Both the position numbers and the translations under genes were made by a program. A DNA stretch of 64,000 bases from Vermamoeba vermiformis. Taxonomy: Eukaryota. Below are positions 58,767 through 64,000 of this stretch, piece by piece. The notes beneath the pieces were generated by a model. That model had not been told where the DNA came from. It ran no database searches and saw only the letters and a list, made by a program, of their open reading frames with translations. Positions within the stretch are counted from its first letter, which is position 1; the number at the start of each line of letters is the position of its first letter. The stretch covers positions 248,001 through 312,000 of the forward strand of contig JBEWZL010000278.1 in the NCBI GenBank assembly GCA_045837725.1, in the 5' to 3' direction.

Positions 58767-61631
58767 TTAATAACGTCCTTGCAAGATGGCTTCAATCGAC
58801 TGTTGCAACATGGGCACGAATCCCTCGGCATTGGTCTTGCAGCACATGACTGCTTTGTTGCCCTCGAACAAGAACTCCACCAACATCAACAAGTCGTTCA
58901 TCAAGCGCACGGACATGTACACGTACTCCTTGCCGTTGTCGGGGTTTCTGCTCTTGGCAATGAAGAACACGTTGAAGGACTCGAGCTTCTGCAGCAAGAG
59001 GTGCACATCGCTGGTGTAGAGCTGTTGCACTTCAGTCGTCTTCTCGCTGCTAATGCTGCGCCACATGTCCAAGTACGCGCCCTTGTCGAGTCTGCCGTTC
59101 TCAGTGAACACGACGTGCAAGCTGAGCGGAATGTTGAAGAAGAAGCGCACACCGGCATTGACTGCCACACCAGCTTGAATGTAGTTGGCGAGACCAGCAC
59201 CGGGCACATTGGAGGTGTTGCACTTGAAGCTGTAGTCGATCGATTGACCGGGCATCAAAGTCAGCTGCGGGTTCTCCACAGCAGGTGCGAGATTGAAGAT
59301 GTTCTTGTTGAACTTGAGCACAAAGTTGCTCATCGGTGCTTGGCTCTGATTGATCAGCGTGCTCTCTAACACCACTTCACCGTTGCGGCGCACAAATGCA
59401 GCGCGAATTTCAAGGCCTTGACCCTGACTAGCAGCGAGCACGACACTCTTCTCGACACCCTTGCTGGGAGCAGTGCCCATCAAGAAGGACAGATCATCGC
59501 CCAACAGATTGACGGGCTGTTGTGGCACGACGCCAGTTCTGGGCAGGGACTGATTGACCTCTTCCATGTCAAAGATCGCTTCTTCCTTAGCGCGGCGACT
59601 CTTCTTCTTGGCACTGCCGTCACCTCCAGCAGCACGACGCTTCTGCACATTGCGCATCTTGGGCACAAAGGTCTCAGCAGGGCGGTGATAGACTGAAGCG
59701 AGAGTGCTGATGTTGTTGATCAGCTCGTCGAGCACTGATTGGTCCAAGTAGTGGCTGTCATCGCGGATCAGAGGCTTCTCGGCCAACACGACCTTCTTGG
59801 CAGCCTCAGCATTGGTGGCCAAGAGACGCCAGTAGAGGAAGCCTCTGTCGCGGAGATCAGGATTGTCGCACTCTTGCGTGGCAATCTTGAGCACGGACTC
59901 GACCAGCTGTTGCGTGCTCTTGGGACGGCGCAAGAAGAGCTTCACAACTGCAGTCAAGAGCTGCAATTGCACGGCCACGGGCTCGTCTTTGAAGCTCTCG
60001 GCGAATGTTTGCAACAATTCAGCGGCGTTGTCAATGCGATCAGCGTACTCGCCAATGATCCAGATCATCGAGGCCTTGGCTTCAGGCTCGTCCAAGGACT
60101 CCAAGTTCTCGCACAGCGTGGAGATGATGCTCTCGTATCTGTTGGGGTACTTGCGGAAGATGTCCTTGATGACAATGATCGTCTCTTGCACCACGTAGTT
60201 CACTTTGGTCTCGGTCTTGATCAGCTCCAGCAGCACGTGCACGCACTTCTCAGCGGCCTTCTCGAGCTTGATGGCGCAGCGACCAATAGCGCGCACAGCC
60301 TTGCGCACAAACTCAACGTCCACTTCAGAGGCGTACTCTTTGAACTCGAGCAGCACTTGATCGATGTTCTTCTCGTTGGCCAGCATGATCATAATCTCCA
60401 ACTTCTCCATCTTCACGTAGATAGGGTCGTTGTACTTGCAGAAGAAGACGCGCATCTCGTTCTGCAGCACCGTGGGTCGTTTCTGCAAGATGAGAGCAAT
60501 GTTGCGCAGTGCCACGTACTGGATCTCGGGCTCCTTGGAGAGCAAGGTGACGAGTGGAGGACCCAACTTCTTGCAAATGTTGCGCACGACATCTTGATTG
60601 CTGATCGAGTCGAGGTACTTCATGAGCACGCGAATCGAGGACAGCACCACGGCACTGTTCGCGTGTTGCAGACGAGGCGCCACTCGTTCAGCAATGGTCT
60701 CAGCCTCGCGCTCATCGACTGGCGTGTAGCGAGAGAGGGCATTGAGGATGTAGGCCTGACCCCATTCAGTGCACTCGTCCAGCGCTGCCAACAACTTGCT
60801 GAGATTGCTGCGGTTCACTGAAAACACTTCCACACTCGAAATTTCATCGATTTCACTGAGCGCAGCGACAGCGTTAGCCACCACCATGGGATTGCTGTCA
60901 GCTAACAACTCGCGCAGCATTTCTAAGAAACCTTGTTCCTCAGCCAGCGAGGGGTTGATGTCGAACAGCTTGGCCACGCAGATGGCTGCTGTCTTCAACA
61001 CGTACGGATCTCGGTCCTGAACTCGGGTAAGCGCGTGATTGGTGGAGCAATTTCAGTATTGTTACGTACGCGAAGGGCTTTGCGCAAGGGCTCGCAAAGA
61101 TACTCGACGATCTTGTCAACACGGATGCAACCCATGGTACGGATGGCAAGAGCACGAATAAGGGGGTTGGGGTCTTCCGAATCCTACTCAATATAGTTAA
61201 TATTGTATTACACGGGTACCGAATGTATTTAAGAACGGGACGCCAATTTTCAAAAAAAAAAATAAATGAAAAAATTAACCGAGTTATTTGAAAATTACCT
61301 TGACGAATGTGTTAACGGCCAAAATTGCGCGGTCAGGTTGAGTCTTGGCATAATTCATCAAATAGAGATACACCAATTTTTTGAGTTCGAGATTGTTAGT
61401 TTGAATGCAATTTAAAACGTCGGTGAACAGGCCAGAGACATCTTTGCCAACAGTCATAGCAGCAATGACCTTTTTAACTGCATCTTTCTTCTTGTCTTCT
61501 TTGAAGCTGTTCAGCTCTTCTTTGAGCTCGAACATCTCACCTGCAGATCAAGTTAGTTCACACTGCCCCATGAACAGTGCGTATTAAACAGTACCCTTCT
61601 TGGTGGGATTGAAATATTTAGAGTCAGTCAT
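58767..61631 (-). CDS. AP-1/AP-2 complex beta adaptin
   Basis: [61 protein letters not shown] and a C-terminal beta appendage. Confidence 0.96.
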
Positions 61632-61782
61632 TGCTCCTCTTGTGCTGTGTGCAAGTTCTACGTCAGTAAAGAATGACGCAAAGATTTTTATCAATTTTTC
61701 ACACCCGAACATTTGTTCCCGAACCAGAGTGGACCCCGAATTGAACTCCCCGAACATAACGTCAATGTCGTGTTTATTCGTT

Positions 61783-63016
61783 CTAATACGGACGATCGCG
61801 TCGCTCACGACGTCTGTCGCTGTACCCTGTTCCCCCGCTGGGATAGTTCCCTGAGGCCCCAAAGTCACGTGGCACATCGGTGGAGTGATCGGAGGGCCGT
61901 ACAGCACTGCATCGCTGACACCTGTCACGCTTGGAGAAGTTGAAGTGTCCGCACCTGTCAAGTCACATCAGCACGGAGATGACACGAGCACCACACAATG
62001 TACGTACTTGGGGTCCGGACAGTGCCAGTCAGCACCGCGACGACGCGTGTCATCCGCAGCACTGTGTCGCGTGTCAGAGGGGCGATAGGACGGTCGTTCA
62101 TATTGGATGTAATCGCGGCCCTCACTGCTGCGCTGATTGTACTCTGTGCCGTAGTCACGTGACTCGCTACCCTGTCCGTCTGATCACGGCGCTCTGATCA
62201 CGTGACGCACTCTGATCACGTGGTGCGTGACACAAGTGACACTCAGTGCGCCAAGAGAAATTCAGATTCTTGCAGCCATTGGGATTGTTGCAGATCCAGT
62301 CTCCGTCGCGCTTTTCTGGCGGTCCCCCTCTGCGACCTGTTGGGTGCAAAATAACTGTATTTAGGACCCACATTATGTACAGATGTTACGTAGGAGTGCT
62401 GAGTCGTCTCTCAAGATTGCAAGAGAGTTCAGATCAAGTCGGGTAATTTTCGAAGAGAAAAATAATAATAAATAATTGAAAATAATATGAGGTCATAGTA
62501 ATTACTTGAATATTGTTCCCTATCACGTCTACCATGCCCGCCAGAGGATGACCTATCATCCCTGCCTCTCCGGTCAGATCTGTCACTTGACTCCCCTCGC
62601 CCACCATAACCATAGTCTGCACCGTGGGACCGCGCTCTTGCAGGCTCATGATAGCCACCGTTACTGTAACCTGCATTGTTGTTGTTGTTGGGATAACTCG
62701 GGGCACTCGATGCGGGTAGGGTGCTCTGAGGGCCCAACTGCTGCACCTGTTGCAGTGCTAGCAGCAAGTTCAAAGCTTGAGGACTCTGCGCGATGAGTGA
62801 CGCGACTTGAGTGAGATCGAGCTGCGGTGTTGCTGCTGGCACCGTGGGTATACCGTACGCCGTGGTATTGGCGCTGTTGTCCGCTGCATATGCACTGTAC
62901 GATGTGTTACTGCCGCTATTATTATTAGTGCTAGTATTATTGGTCCCTCGTGCATAATCCTGGTTATAATACTCGCGAGATGAGCTGTAGGAGTGTTGAT
63001 CTGAATAATTACTCAT
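61783..63016 (-). CDS. FET (FUS/EWS/TAF15)-like protein: low-complexity N-terminus, two RanBP2-type zinc fingers, C-terminal PY-NLS, no RRM seen
   Basis: S/Y/N/Q/G-rich N-terminus, [52 protein letters not shown], ending RRERRDRPY* (TAG 61783-61785). Needs a short intron or an indel near 62180-62210. Confidence 0.75.
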
Positions 63017-63580
63017 GTTCAGCTCGTTGATCGTGTGATATGGGTGATAGATATGCTAATGAGATATATATACAATTAATTCTACGACGTGAATTGATTC
63101 GCGTGGTGTTGTTCACTTGACAGGCACTATTAAAATGACTCGATGGCGCAGTAATCAAATCGAACCCAAGCCCGCGTCCTTCACTGAATACCACGTCCAC
63201 CACTTTCACGAGATTCAATCCCTGATTCAATTAGGGGATCCGACAGCATTCGTTTTGGTGAACAAATAACAAAGGTTGTTTTGGGAGCTCATTTCCTTCC
63301 TGACTGATGCAGAGGCCAAATAGTTATGTTGCGCGAGCTGCGCTAAGGGTGTGGTCAGTTGTCACTAACCAGTGCCGCTAGCCAATGGATGGTTCGCCGT
63401 GAAGCAGGGAAGAGTACTTGACCATCAACTCCGCCACTGAGGAGGTGGGAGGTCTCGAGCCATAGCAGGAAGAGTCGTTGTCACTCGCACCAGCGGCGAC
63501 TTGTCTATCAGCAGCGGTACTCCATCACCTTCCCGACGCGTCGTCAGAGATGAGCTCCAGCAGTGTTTGCTGGGGGCGTA

Positions 63581-63740
63581 GTGACGCTATCCAACAACGG
63601 TGGAGTGTGCAACTGCCGGATGCATCATCAACCAACGAACTCCAGTCCCTGTCATTGTTGGGGATTGGTGACGCTATCCAACAACGGTGGAGTGTGCAAC
63701 TACCGGAGCATCATCAACCAACGAGCTCCAGTCCCTGTCA
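63581..63740. repeat. Two near-identical ~74-bp direct repeats (period 87 bp)
   Basis: 63581-63654 and 63668-63740 read GTGACGCTATCCAACAACGGTGGAGTGTGCAACT.CCGGA(T)GCATCATCAACCAACGA.CTCCAGTCCCTGTCA. Confidence 0.9.
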
Positions 63741-64000
63741 CTCGACAATAGCACGCTGAGCTTGTCCAGCAGCAATTCCGTGTCCTTGCCGCTCCCTTGG
63801 GCAGTCAGTTACCGCACTACCTCTGCATTACAATTCCAAACCACTCCCGACCTCACAGCACCGCTCAACAGTAACTTTGCCATTCCAGTGACTGTCACCA
63901 AGACTACGAATGCGTTCTTGTTGACTACCAACTTGCACTTCCAATCTTCCGAGTTTTGACGTGGATTGCCTTTCGGTTTGTAGTGCGCAAGGTGAGTTAA

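Noticed and set aside
58779-60821. Long antisense ORFs (also 9567-10256, 38309-39058, 53722-54495 and others)
   Set aside because: They are shadows of strongly codon-biased genes on the opposite strand and contain no recognisable motifs.
61584-61961. Minus-strand ORF running in frame into the beta-adaptin ATG, suggesting a zinc-finger/adaptin fusion
   Set aside because: The real last exon of the upstream gene uses another frame ([12 protein letters not shown]...RDRPY) and stops at 61783. Beta-adaptin has its conserved MTDSKYF start at 61631.
9710-62169. Genome-wide Euplotes-style stop-codon frameshifting (three +1 discontinuities seen)
   Set aside because: Two of the three (HAP2-like, FET-like) can be resolved by alternative or short introns, or by indel error, and the HAP2 one has no adjacent stop. 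The other genes show no such breaks where checked.
41411-63016. Apparent cluster of RNA-processing genes (UPF3, MFAP1, SYF2, FET-like)
   Set aside because: They are interspersed with unrelated genes, and the functional category is large enough for chance co-occurrence.

Overview
This is gene-dense eukaryotic DNA using the standard genetic code, with many ~45-65 nt GT-AG introns carrying CTAAC/CTGAC-like branch sites. Gene content is consistent with an amoebozoan-like protist, which is an inference. About 28 protein genes can be assembled by eye: NOC3, CLPTM1, condensin II CAP-D3, two small membrane proteins, OCRL/INPP5B, an SMP-like protein, a PPR protein, coronin, nitrobindin, a divergent HAP2/GCS1-like fusexin, a peroxisomal ABCD transporter, METTL25-like, FANCE, RFWD3, MGAT1, RELCH, UPF3, MTFMT, calcineurin A-like, MFAP1, ethanolamine kinase, SYF2, RPN13, Wee1/Myt1, a DHHC PAT, beta-adaptin and a FET-like zinc-finger protein. 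A ~3 kb gene-free repeat island lies at 46.3-49.5 kb. Highlights: (1) a 12-exon HAP2-like class II fusogen with a much shortened fusion-loop region and an extra Cys-rich/EGF stalk; (2) a 12-bp palindrome, TGACACGTGTCA, heavily over-represented in introns and exons of a ~19 kb domain; (3) a +1 frame switch at an antizyme-like TCC-TGA in CAP-D3, with evidence that the downstream frame is under protein-level selection; (4) strict strand alternation of the first 19 genes, including a head-to-head FANCE/RFWD3 pair; (5) a MITE-like element with CpG decay. All calls are by eye and no searches were run.
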